Shown here: positions 29,207 through 38,447 of the stretch, one piece after another
How the letters are laid out: every line of letters starts with the position of its first letter
Numbering within the stretch: position 1 is the first letter of the stretch
Assembly (NCBI GenBank): GCA_937966555.1
Contig: CALCLY010000022.1
Span: 212,729 to 276,728 of the forward strand
Direction of reading: 5' to 3'
From: an uncultured Clostridia bacterium
Lineage (GTDB): Bacteria > Bacillota > Clostridia > UMGS1883 > UMGS1540
DNA: 64,000 nucleotides
The notes under the pieces: model-generated
The model's database searches: none
What the model saw: the letters and a program-made list of their open reading frames with translations, nothing else
What the model was told of the DNA's origin: nothing
Position numbers and translations under genes: made by a program

Positions 29207-32200
29207 TTAATTAAAACTTACTTCGTCAAGGCGCATTGAAAGAAGCTTTGAAACACCTTTTTCCTGCATTGTCACGCCGTACAGTATATCGGCAGCTTCC
29301 ATGGTTCCGCGCCTGTGTGTTACAACTATAAACTGCGTTTTCTCCGAAAACTTTTTAATATAGCTGCAGAATCTTGCTATATTGTTATCATCAAGAGCCG
29401 CTTCTATTTCATCGAGAATGCAAAACGGAGTCGGCCTTACCCTCAAAATCGCAAAAAGCAGTGCAATTGCAGTAAACGCCATTTCTCCGCCCGACAAAAG
29501 GCTCATTCTCTGCAGCTTTTTCCCGGGAGGACGAACGTCTATTTCAATTCCGCTTGACAGAATATCTGTCGGGTCGGAAAGTAATATTTCCGCGCTGCCG
29601 CCGCCGAAAAGCTCCTTAAAAACTTCTGTGAAATTTTTCGATATAATTTCAAACTGTGTTCCAAACTGTGTTTTCATTGATGATGTAATCTCTTCCACAA
29701 GAATCTGCAGTTCTGTTTTCGCTTTTCTTAAATCCTCTATCTGTTTTGTAAGAAAAACGTATCTTTCGGAAACCTCTTTATATTCATCAACCGCATCGAG
29801 ATTTATGTGTCCGAGTGCTCGAATTTCACTTTTAAGTTCTAAAGCGCGTTTTTCGGCTTCCTTTTCGTCTCCTATTTCGCATATCATGGAGCGTGCATCG
29901 TTTATCGAAAGCTCATAGCTGTCCCAAAGCGATGAAATAACCGCGTCTATATCATCTTCAAGTTTTTCGGCGCGGCTTTCAAACCTCGCTTTTTTTAAAT
30001 TAAGTTCATTTACCCGTTCGTTTTGAGCAACAGTGAGATTTTTAAGTTCGGAAATACTTTTATCCGCACCCGTTTTTTTATCTGCAGCTTTTTGCATTTC
30101 ATCTTCAAACGATTTCATTATGCTTTCGCTTTCCAGAATATCGCGCTCTTTATTTTTTATGTTAAGCAAAGCTTCATTTTTCCTCTGCATATAAAGCTTA
30201 GAGGATTCCGCTATTCTTCCTATTCGCGCCGTTCTGTACGCAGTTTCTTTTTCAAAGCCTTCCGTGCGTATTTTGCACATATCGGCTTCGGTATTCAATT
30301 CCGAATTTTTTTCTTTGTACCTTTCAATGGCTCCATAAACTTTTTCTTTTGCCTCAATAACGGTTTTAAGTTCAGCCTTAATTATCTCGCTCTCATCTGT
30401 TTTGGCATTGAACGTTGATTGATTCTTTTCTATTTCAGAATTTATCAACTCGCGTTCTTTTTCGCTTTCGTTTCCCGCTTTAAGCAAAAGCTTAAGTTCT
30501 TCGTTTTTTTTCAGCGCATTTTGATTTTCACGTTTTATAATATGTTCTCTTAAAATCTTTTCGCCGGATATACGCGCAAGTTCTTCGTTAAATGACGCAA
30601 TGTCAGCTAAAATGCTTTCTTCGCTTTTTCCGATTGAAACTATTTTCTCGCGCACATCATCTATTTTATTTTCGGTATCGTCCATCTCGCGCTCAAGTTT
30701 TTTGCAGTTTTCATTAAGTCTTGCAATTTCACTTTCACGCCCGAAAAGCCCCGCGTTTCTGCCGCCGCTTCCGCCGCTTATGGAACCGCCCGGGAAGAGC
30801 GCTTCGCCCGCAAGCGTCACAATTTTAAATTTATATCTGTATTTTCTTGCACAGCGCACGGCATTATCTATATTATCAAACAAAGCCGTCTGCCCGAGCA
30901 AACTTTCTGCAATTTCTCCGTATGCTTTATCTGTTGTAATTTTGTCGCTGAGCACACCGAGATATCCGGGCTCAGAGTCTATTTCGCCCTCAAACGCTCC
31001 CCTTTTTCCTCGCACCGAAGATATCGGCAAAAATGTAACTCTGCCGAATTTGTTTTTCTTTAAAAACTCTATTGCGGCTTTTGCATCCTCTTCGGAATCA
31101 ACCACAACATTCTGCACTGCTGCGGCAAGCGCCGTTTCAGCGGCAACATAATATTTTTCATCGGTTTTCAGAAGCTTGCTCACAATTCCGTGACAACCTA
31201 TGGTTTTTACAAAATCGGATGACATCAGTTTTTTTACGCCGAATCCGTAGCCCTCCATATTTTTTTCCATTTCGGAAAGAATATTGTATCTTGAGCGCGC
31301 ATGTCCATATTCAACGCTTTTCTTATTATATGCCTCTTTAAGTTCCGAAAGCAATATCTTTTTTTCTTCCGCATCTTGTCTGAGTTTTTCCGACTCGTCT
31401 TTTTTCTCTTTTTTGTTTTTTATGATTTCGGTTTCGCTGCTTTTTAATTTATCAAGCGAATCGGCAGCATCGCGCGCCGCATTCTCTGCCTCCGAAATTT
31501 CTTTTTCGATTGAATCTCGTCTGCCGTCAAAATCGGACTCCAAAGCGTCAATTGTACCGAGCCGCGCCTTTAATAAATCAATATTTCGCATCAGCTCCGA
31601 TTCTTCATTTGCGGCTAAGCGAAGTTTTTCGTTTATAGAATCTGTTTTTTTGGAAAGCTCTCTGTGCTTTTTATTTTCCGATTCAATCCCGTCCGATACG
31701 GCTTTCTTTTCTTTTTCGATTTCTTCCACACATTTTTTCTGATTTTCTTTTTCGCCGTCAAGCCTTAAGAGTTCCTCATTTAAAAGCCGAATTTCCTCAT
31801 CACCATTTTTTATTTCGGTTTCAAACTGTTCAATACTGCTTTTTAAAAGCGAAATTTCACCGTTTATTTTTTCTTTTGAAAGTTCCGCCGCATGGAGCTG
31901 CTCGCTTAAAATTCTGAATTCACCCTCAGACTCCTTTAAAAGTTTAAAAGCCGTTTCTTCATCGGCACGGCACTTTTGAAGCGTCTCTGTTTCTTCTTCA
32001 AGATTTTTTATAAGCACGGAGAAATCATTTTGGAGCTTTTCCCTGTCGCCCGAAAGTCTTGAAAATCTGTTTAAGGCAAGATTTATGTCCAAAACTTTAA
32101 ACTCATCGCGCAAAGCAATGTATTTCAGCGCTTTTTCAGACTGTTTTTTTAAAGGTTCGACTCTTCCTTCAAGTTCCCCGGCAATGTCCGTCACTCTTGA

Positions 32201-32764
32201 AAGATTGTCTTCCGCTGCGGCAAGCTTTTTTTCCGCCTCAGCCTTTTTGTATTTGTATTTTGAAATTCCTGCTGCCTCTTCAAATATGCGTCTTCTGTCT
32301 TCGGGCTTGCCTGAAATAATCTCATCTATTTTGCCCTGACCGATAATCGAATACCCGTCACGGCCAAGACCGGTGTCCATAAAAAGCTCATGAATATCAC
32401 GCAGTCTGCAAATTGCCTTGTTAATAAAATATTCGCTCTCGCCGCTTCTGTATATACGCCTTGTAACCGTTACTTCATTATAATCTATGGGGAAAATGCC
32501 CGTAGAATTATCAAGGCATAGCGAAACCTCTGCAAAACCTGTTGGCTTGCGTTTTTCGGTTCCGGCAAAAATAACATCCTCCATTTTGCTTCCGCGCAAA
32601 GATTTTATGCTTTGCTCGCCCATTACCCAGCGTATAGCATCGGAAATATTGCTTTTTCCGCTGCCGTTGGGCCCCACAATTGCGGTAATGCCATTGCCGA
32701 AATCAAGAGATATTTTATCAACAAACGATTTGAATCCCTGCATTTCAAGCTTTTTTAAGTACAT
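29207..32764 (-). CDS. smc: Chromosome segregation protein SMC.
   Basis: N-terminal Walker A FKSFVDKISLDFGNGITAIVGPNGSGKSNISDAIRWVMGEQS, long coiled coils, a hinge and a C-terminal LSGGE signature; 1185 aa. Conserved smc-ftsY order. Confidence 0.95.
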   Translation of the reverse strand: MYLKKLEMQGFKSFVDKISLDFGNGITAIVGPNGSGKSNISDAIRWVMGEQSIKSLRGSKMEDVIFAGTEKRKPTGFAEVSLCLDNSTGIFPIDYNEVTVTRRIYRSGESEYFINKAICRLRDIHELFMDTGLGRDGYSIIGQGKIDEIISGKPEDRRRIFEEAAGISKYKYKKAEAEKKLAAAEDNLSRVTDIAGELEGRVEPLKKQSEKALKYIALRDEFKVLDINLALNRFSRLSGDREKLQNDFSVLIKNLEEETETLQKCRADEETAFKLLKESEGEFRILSEQLHAAELSKEKINGEISLLKSSIEQFETEIKNGDEEIRLLNEELLRLDGEKENQKKCVEEIEKEKKAVSDGIESENKKHRELSKKTDSINEKLRLAANEESELMRNIDLLKARLGTIDALESDFDGRRDSIEKEISEAENAARDAADSLDKLKSSETEIIKNKKEKKDESEKLRQDAEEKKILLSELKEAYNKKSVEYGHARSRYNILSEMEKNMEGYGFGVKKLMSSDFVKTIGCHGIVSKLLKTDEKYYVAAETALAAAVQNVVVDSEEDAKAAIEFLKKNKFGRVTFLPISSVRGKRGAFEGEIDSEPGYLGVLSDKITTDKAYGEIAESLLGQTALFDNIDNAVRCARKYRYKFKIVTLAGEALFPGGSISGGSGGRNAGLFGRESEIARLNENCKKLEREMDDTENKIDDVREKIVSIGKSEESILADIASFNEELARISGEKILREHIIKRENQNALKKNEELKLLLKAGNESEKERELINSEIEKNQSTFNAKTDESEIIKAELKTVIEAKEKVYGAIERYKEKNSELNTEADMCKIRTEGFEKETAYRTARIGRIAESSKLYMQRKNEALLNIKNKERDILESESIMKSFEDEMQKAADKKTGADKSISELKNLTVAQNERVNELNLKKARFESRAEKLEDDIDAVISSLWDSYELSINDARSMICEIGDEKEAEKRALELKSEIRALGHINLDAVDEYKEVSERYVFLTKQIEDLRKAKTELQILVEEITSSMKTQFGTQFEIISKNFTEVFKELFGGGSAEILLSDPTDILSSGIEIDVRPPGKKLQRMSLLSGGEMAFTAIALLFAILRVRPTPFCILDEIEAALDDNNIARFCSYIKKFSEKTQFIVVTHRRGTMEAADILYGVTMQEKGVSKLLSMRLDEVSFN

Positions 32765-32850
32765 TTCTACACCTCCTTTTTATTTTAACACAAACCGAGT
32801 TCATATTCAACTGCATTTTTCCAAAAAAATAATTTTTTTCAAAAAAACTA

Positions 32851-32880
32851 TTGACATATATTACCATATTCTGTTATAAT
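32851..32880 (+). promoter_or_regulatory. Sigma-A type promoter for the SSB-like gene, divergent from smc.
   Basis: TTGACA, 18-nt spacer, TATAAT. Confidence 0.55.
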
Positions 32881-32934
32881 TAAATCATAGTTACCAGTTA
32901 TTGGAATTTTAAAAAACGAAAGGCGGCAATATTT

Positions 32935-33603
32935 ATGTTAAACGAAACATACAAAAGTGAGGAAACAACAAACATTGAGGCACAGGCTACAAATACCGCA
33001 ACGGTTTACGGGAAGATATCATCGGAGGCTCAATTCAGCCACGAAGTGTACGGAGAAGGGTTTTATTCATTTTCGGTTACCGTACCGAGGCTCAGTGACA
33101 CAAACGATATTATACCCGTCACGGTTTCGGAACGACTTATTGTTCCCGACGACATACACATCGGCGACTGCATTTTAATTAACGGACAGTTCCGTTCTTA
33201 CAACAACTATTCCGACACCGGGAACAAACTTCTCTTGACTCTTTTTGCACGCGAAATAGAGCTTGGAGAGCAGGATATCAAATCACCGAATGAAGTTGCT
33301 TTAACAGGTTTTATATGCAAACCTCCCGTATACAGGCACACGCCTTTTGGAAGAGAAATTGCAGATCTTCTTCTCGCTGTTAACCGCTCTTATAATAAAT
33401 CGGATTACATCCCGTGCATTGCCTGGGGCAGAAACGCAAGATACTGCCAAGGACTTGAGGTCGGAAGCAAAATTAAACTGTGCGGCAGAATACAGTCGCG
33501 CGAATATCGCAAAAAAATAAATGATGAAGAATATATAACAAAAACGGCATATGAAATATCCGTTATAAAGCTTGAGGAAACTTCATTGGCTGCCGAAGCC
33601 TGA
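32935..33603 (+). CDS. SSB-family OB-fold protein (single-stranded DNA-binding protein paralog with a degenerate N-terminal second OB fold).
   Basis: The C-terminal half VALTGFICKPPVYRHTPFGREIADLLLAVNRSYNKSDYIPCIAWGRNA...GRIQSREY aligns with the canonical SSB core (LAVNR, W-R-A, GRLQTR-Y). Confidence 0.6.
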   Translation: MLNETYKSEETTNIEAQATNTATVYGKISSEAQFSHEVYGEGFYSFSVTVPRLSDTNDIIPVTVSERLIVPDDIHIGDCILINGQFRSYNNYSDTGNKLLLTLFAREIELGEQDIKSPNEVALTGFICKPPVYRHTPFGREIADLLLAVNRSYNKSDYIPCIAWGRNARYCQGLEVGSKIKLCGRIQSREYRKKINDEEYITKTAYEISVIKLEETSLAAEA

Positions 33604-33611
33604 ATTTAAAT

Positions 33612-33650
33612 AAATATCCACCCGTGCTTGGCGGGTGGATATTTATTTAT
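33612..33650 (+). terminator. Intrinsic terminator after the SSB-like gene.
   Basis: Perfect stem AAATATCCACCCG / CGGGTGGATATTT with a 7-nt loop, followed by ATTTATTTAT. Confidence 0.65.
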
Positions 33651-33713
33651 ACAAAAAAAGCTCTGCGAAACGCAGAACTTTATCCTCTTATTGAATATAT
33701 TTTACAAAACTAT

Positions 33714-33995
33714 ATGAAAAACATTTCGCTACACGATATGGCAAACATTATGAATATGTCGGAATCAAATCTGTATGCCGTATTTAAAAAGATCACCGAA
33801 ACAACGCCCGTGCAATATCTTAACAACTACAGGCTCTCGACAGCAAGCGAGCGCCTCATTAACAGCAATGACAGTATCGCAAATATTTCCGAAAGCGCAG
33901 GCATTGCGGATCAGTTTTATTTCAGCAAGCTTTTTAAGAAAAAATATTCGCTCTCGCCGCAAATGTACAGACAGTCAACAAAAAATTTCTTTTAA
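33714..33995 (+). pseudogene. AraC-family HTH DNA-binding domain only (MarA/SoxS-sized, about 94 aa), probably a remnant; lacks helix 1 and any sensor domain.
   Basis: The two HTH motifs MANIMNMSESNLYAVFKKITETTPVQY and IANISESAGIADQFYFSKLFKKKYSLSPQMY are intact. The only in-frame start upstream of conserved helix 1 (LIEYILQNY) is a GTG inside the loop of the preceding terminator. ATG 33714 has no RBS. Confidence 0.4.
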
Positions 33996-34018
33996 AAAAA
34001 GGGGCTGTAACCGATATA

Positions 34019-35137
34019 TTATCTCACCCATTTTAAAACCGTTTCCGCAAACACCGCAAAAAGCGTTTTCCTCGGCACATCTTCGCTTGCCGCGAGATCA
34101 CTTTCCCAAACGGTTTCATCTCCGCATTTAAAAGTTATTTTCCCTATTATATCTCCCTTTTTCACGGGAGCCTCCACAAAATCATTAAGCACATATTCGC
34201 TTTTTATATCCTTCTTTTTGTTCTTTTCTATAAGTATTTTGCCGCCCGGCACTATTTCCGCTTTCACACTCTGCGCCATGCCGTGTTTTACGGGTACTTC
34301 ATCGGTGATTTCGGCATTTTCGGAGGGGTCTGCAATCATATAATTTGCAAATCCGTAATCAAGAAGCAACTTTGCCGATGCAAAACGTTTATCCGATGTT
34401 TCAGAACCCATAATAACGCCTATAAGCTGCATTCCGTCTCTTTTTGCCGTTGCCGAAATGCAAAAGCCCGCTTTGCTTGTTGAGCCTGTTTTAAGCCCGT
34501 TTGCACCGCTGTAAAATCTTATAAGTCTGTTTGTGTTGGCAAGACCGAACTTTCCGTCTCTTAAAGAATCCATCCATATACCGGTGTACTTTAAAATATC
34601 TTCATGTTTTAAAAGCTCGCGGCTCATAAGCGCTATATCGTAAGCAGACGTTAAATGACCGTCGGCATCAAGTCCGTTTGTGTTTTTAAAACTTGTGTCG
34701 TTCATGCCGAGTTCAGACGCTCTGTTATTCATCATATCAACAAAGCCCTGTTCGCTGCCCGCAATATGCTCTGCCATGGCAACACATGCATCATTTCCTG
34801 ATGCCACGGCAATTCCTTTAAGCAAGTCATTTACACTCATTTGCTCGTTTGTCTCAAGAAAAATTGTGGAGCCGCCCATGCTTTTTGCGCGTTCGCTCGC
34901 CGTAACAATAGTATCATACGTAAGATTCCCGCCGTCTATGGCTTCCATTGTAAGAAGCATTGTCATCACCTTTGTAACGGACGCCGGCGGAAGCTTTTCG
35001 TGCGCATTCTGTTCAAAAAGCACTCTGCCCGTGGACTGTTCCATAAGCACCGCAGACTTTGCCTCTGTTTCCGGAGCCGCGGCGGCAGTCATATTTAAGC
35101 AAAACAAAAAAGCAATGCAAAGACATATTCTTTTCAT
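34019..35137 (-). CDS. Serine-type D-alanyl-D-alanine carboxypeptidase (PBP5/DacF-like, S11 family).
   Basis: Signal peptide MKRICLCIAFLFCLNMTAAAAP. Motifs SVTK (SxxK), SGN (VASGNDA) and KTG (GLKTGST). Start trimmed to ATG 35137 (GAGAGGTATG RBS). Confidence 0.85.
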   Translation of the reverse strand: MKRICLCIAFLFCLNMTAAAAPETEAKSAVLMEQSTGRVLFEQNAHEKLPPASVTKVMTMLLTMEAIDGGNLTYDTIVTASERAKSMGGSTIFLETNEQMSVNDLLKGIAVASGNDACVAMAEHIAGSEQGFVDMMNNRASELGMNDTSFKNTNGLDADGHLTSAYDIALMSRELLKHEDILKYTGIWMDSLRDGKFGLANTNRLIRFYSGANGLKTGSTSKAGFCISATAKRDGMQLIGVIMGSETSDKRFASAKLLLDYGFANYMIADPSENAEITDEVPVKHGMAQSVKAEIVPGGKILIEKNKKKDIKSEYVLNDFVEAPVKKGDIIGKITFKCGDETVWESDLAASEDVPRKTLFAVFAETVLKWVR

Positions 35138-35245
35138 ATATGCATACCTCTCAAATAAATATTCTGATAATATTATACACATATAAACAATATATTAGAA
35201 CCTTGCAATTGCTTTTTATGATTAATTTTTATAAGTTCTAAAACC

Positions 35246-35698
35246 TCACAGCTCTATTTTTACTATAGCGCGTTTCACTTTTCTTTCTTCACCGCATTTC
35301 ATCGACGGAATATGCGCGTCCTCTGGGAATGCAATGCAGAATTCGCCTGCATGCAAATGAAGCTGTGTAACCTCACCGTCCATAAAAATATAATCTTCTT
35401 CATCGTGATATTCACATATCGGCACAAGCGTTTTTATATCGGCATATCCGAGTATTTCTTCCCCTTCAATAATATAGTGAATATCTATAAATCTTCTGTG
35501 TGCTTCAAATTTTTTCGGCGTGCCGTCCGGCATAAAATCCGTCTTATCGCAATGCGACACGCATCCTCTTATTTTCCCGTCGCTCATTTCTTCTCCGACG
35601 GAATCGGGTGTCAGCGACTTTAAAAATTCAAACGCCTTTTTAAACTCTTTATGTACCGAAAAATACTTTTCACAATCTTTTATATTCCCCGTAATCAT
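35246..35698 (-). CDS. YhcH/YjgK/YiaL-family (DUF386) cupin protein, typically linked to sialic-acid or sugar-acid catabolism.
   Basis: 150 aa reading MITGNIKDCEKYF...HRRFIDIHYIIEGEE...EFCIAFPEDAHIP, matching the YhcH signature. GGGAGGA RBS. Confidence 0.7.
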   Translation of the reverse strand: MITGNIKDCEKYFSVHKEFKKAFEFLKSLTPDSVGEEMSDGKIRGCVSHCDKTDFMPDGTPKKFEAHRRFIDIHYIIEGEEILGYADIKTLVPICEYHDEEDYIFMDGEVTQLHLHAGEFCIAFPEDAHIPSMKCGEERKVKRAIVKIEL

Positions 35699-35715
35699 TT
35701 TAATCCTCCCGTATA

Positions 35716-36591
35716 TTAAAGCTCCCCTATTTCACGCATAATCTTTTCTATCTCAGCCGCGCCCTCCGAAGAACATTTTCCAAAATAATCGGGCGCAAAG
35801 TTTCCTTCCATCCCGAGCAAGTTCATAGAAACGGTAAATCCCTGCATAACTCCGTGTTTTGCATATGTATCACGAAGCAGCAATATATTATTCAGGTATT
35901 TAGCGCATTTGTCCATATCTCCGCTCTGTGCGCTTTTTATAAATTTTTCCGCATTTTTCGGCGTTGATGAGAACATACCGTCCAGAACTTTGTCAAGTCC
36001 GAAAGAAAGCGCTGCGTCAAAGCAGTCTATATTGCTGTAGAGCACTTCAAACTCCGGGATATTTTGTTTTATAAGCCTTCCGAGTGCCATATCTCCGCTT
36101 TTTATGCCTTTAATATTTTCGTGTTTTGCAAGGCGCTTTACCATATCAAATGTGATTTTGCATTTCGTAACGCCGGGCAAATCATATAAAAATATGGGCT
36201 TGTCGGACTTATCGGCTATCATTTCAAAAAAATTGCAGTGCACAGCTTCGCAATTTGCAAAATAAAACGGCGTTGTAACAACCGCTGCCGTAAAAGGACA
36301 ATCTTTAACGCGCTCAATTCTTTCAATAACCCTCTGAGCCGAGTTATCCATTGCCCCGACAAAAAGCGGTACTCTGCCGCCCACTGCCGCACTTGCCACA
36401 TAAACCGCCTCAGCATATGCGTTGTCCGGCACGGAAGCCTCCATTCCCATGCTGCCCATTAAAAGCAGTCCGCTTGCCCCGGCATCTATCTGCATATTTA
36501 TTTCTTTTTCAAGCGATTCCTTGTCGATGCTTCCGTCTTTTAAAAGAGGCGTTCCGAGGGCTGTGTAAAATCCTTTTTTAAGTTTTTCCAT
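35716..36591 (-). CDS. DapA/NanA-family class I aldolase, probable N-acetylneuraminate lyase or a 2-keto-3-deoxy-sugar-acid aldolase.
   Basis: YTALGTP N-terminus, GSMGMEA (GxxGE box) and Schiff-base lysine context NIKGIKSGD; 291 aa; AAGGAGAG RBS. Confidence 0.75.
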   Translation of the reverse strand: MEKLKKGFYTALGTPLLKDGSIDKESLEKEINMQIDAGASGLLLMGSMGMEASVPDNAYAEAVYVASAAVGGRVPLFVGAMDNSAQRVIERIERVKDCPFTAAVVTTPFYFANCEAVHCNFFEMIADKSDKPIFLYDLPGVTKCKITFDMVKRLAKHENIKGIKSGDMALGRLIKQNIPEFEVLYSNIDCFDAALSFGLDKVLDGMFSSTPKNAEKFIKSAQSGDMDKCAKYLNNILLLRDTYAKHGVMQGFTVSMNLLGMEGNFAPDYFGKCSSEGAAEIEKIMREIGEL

Positions 36592-36690
36592 TAATTATCT
36601 CTCCTTATTTTTAATCACTGAAGCCATTATATACTCGTTTATTAATAAAGTCAATGAACTAAAAAGACAACTTTTCAGAAAGATGTCCGT

Positions 36691-38445
36691 TTATATGACT
36701 TTATACGCCTCCAGCTCATCACGTCTTGACTTAAGTTTTCCGACAGAGTTCTCAATACCGTTTTCAAAGTTCTTTAATTTGAAGAGCCGCTTATATTCCT
36801 CTATCACCCCGTCAAAGCGTTCCAAAAGCTCCGCCTTCTTTTCTTTGCTTACACAGCCGTGAGTTTTGATTTTGCAAAGCTCCGCTCCGAGCATGATCAT
36901 TTCGGCGTTGCACAAAACCTCGTCCTTGAGATTTTCGTTTGCTTTTGTTTTTTCTATATCGCGACACACGGCACCGACATAAGAAATAACATTGTCGAAA
37001 TAAAAATCGTCTCCGCATTCTTTTATGTTAAAGGTTTCGCATTCCACCTCATCCATCGGAATTGTGAGTGTAAACGAGCACATTGTCATGCCGTGTACCT
37101 TATGCGGCTCTAAATGGTAGAATTTGCCGAGTCTGTACATAATCTCGCCCATTTTGCCCTCAAACACGAATCTGTCAACAAAATCAAACGCGCCGTAGCG
37201 AAAATCATTTTTAAAATTCTCACAATTTTGTTCTTCGCCGCTATTCCATGCATATTGTCCCGCAAGTGCGCAGGGATAATAACTCTCGGCAATAAACTGC
37301 ATATGCCCGTCCTCGTTCATGCCCCAGTCCGTGAGCAGATATCCTACCGCACCGTATTTTTTCGCAAGCTCTCCGGTTGTTCTTACGTTAAACTCCATAA
37401 CATCAACGCGCGAGGTGAGACTAAGCCATACGGCATTGCTCGGGCAAACGTAAAATCTTACGCCGCTGTCTGCGAGAATACGGCATTTCTCCTCCATCAT
37501 CTGAGTTGAAATAATTCCATATCCCCATTCAACCGCCGTTACATTCTGCGGAAATTTTGAAAAAGAATCCGGGTGACTTATTATCATATCGTCCCAAAAC
37601 TGAATCTTTTTACCGTATTTTTTATTTACAAGATTGTTTATTTTCGTGAGATAATCTATAAATACATTTTCTATTCCGCGTTTTTCACATTCATCTTTTG
37701 TCTGATACTCGCCGAAGCCATATGCTTCATCAAGCCCTACATGAACATATTCCGACTTAAAATGCGGCAGCAGAGAACCATATATTTTGTCCAAAAGCTC
37801 AATTGAACCCGGATCCAGGGGATTCAGAGTCCACGGATTATCCTCACCGTCTCCCAAAGCCAGGTGCGCATTTTCAGGCTTTTCAAGCCACGCCTTCATA
37901 TGTCCGAAGCTGTTCTGGTTGGGAACAAGCGATATAAATCTCTCGCTGCAATAATTATCAAGAAATTCAATGTCATCTGGCGTAAGACACTCAATGTCCT
38001 TTGTATATTCGGGAAATGCGCTGTATTTAAAGCAAAAGCTGTCCATATAAAGCTGAAACTCATTATATTTAAGCAATGCAAGCACATCTACAAAGTGAAG
38101 TATTGTATCAAGACGCGGCATTCTTCCGCGGCTTATATCAAGCATATACCCTCTGTTTTCCATATCGGGCTTATCGTGAACCTTGCATTCGCAAACGCAG
38201 CCGTCATCGCAAAGCTCCCAAAGGCTTGTCATTGCTCTGAAACAGCCTTCATCCGTTGAATATGTAACTTTTATTCTGTCTTTTGATACCTCCAGCTCGT
38301 ATTCTTCTTTTTCAAAGTCTTTTGAAAGTGAAAAAACAATGTCGAACTTATCGCGTTTCTTATAAAAATCCAAAAGCGTACCCGGCTTTTCAAATTTATA
38401 TTTTTCTTTTCCGTATTCAACAGATTTTGGTATTGGGTAAATCAT
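36691..38445 (-). CDS. Glycoside hydrolase family 20 beta-N-acetylhexosaminidase; cytoplasmic, no signal peptide.
   Basis: RGYMLDISRGRMP (GH20 R-x-x-LD-x-SR motif) and HVGLDEA catalytic region; 584 aa. Confidence 0.85.
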   Translation of the reverse strand: MIYPIPKSVEYGKEKYKFEKPGTLLDFYKKRDKFDIVFSLSKDFEKEEYELEVSKDRIKVTYSTDEGCFRAMTSLWELCDDGCVCECKVHDKPDMENRGYMLDISRGRMPRLDTILHFVDVLALLKYNEFQLYMDSFCFKYSAFPEYTKDIECLTPDDIEFLDNYCSERFISLVPNQNSFGHMKAWLEKPENAHLALGDGEDNPWTLNPLDPGSIELLDKIYGSLLPHFKSEYVHVGLDEAYGFGEYQTKDECEKRGIENVFIDYLTKINNLVNKKYGKKIQFWDDMIISHPDSFSKFPQNVTAVEWGYGIISTQMMEEKCRILADSGVRFYVCPSNAVWLSLTSRVDVMEFNVRTTGELAKKYGAVGYLLTDWGMNEDGHMQFIAESYYPCALAGQYAWNSGEEQNCENFKNDFRYGAFDFVDRFVFEGKMGEIMYRLGKFYHLEPHKVHGMTMCSFTLTIPMDEVECETFNIKECGDDFYFDNVISYVGAVCRDIEKTKANENLKDEVLCNAEMIMLGAELCKIKTHGCVSKEKKAELLERFDGVIEEYKRLFKLKNFENGIENSVGKLKSRRDELEAYKVI

Positions 38446-38447
38446 TA

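Noticed and set aside
29315-32339. Several plus-strand ORFs of 80-183 aa, Ser/Phe/Leu-rich, lying antisense inside smc.
   Set aside because: Low-complexity translations of the antisense of a coiled-coil gene (the GAA/AAA-rich sense strand gives TTC/TTT-rich antisense). They have no RBS and are fully contained in a conserved essential gene.
33624-33713. Track start (GTG) of the AraC-HTH ORF.
   Set aside because: The GTG sits in the loop of a perfect terminator hairpin for the upstream gene, making initiation there implausible. This is why the ORF is annotated as a probable remnant.
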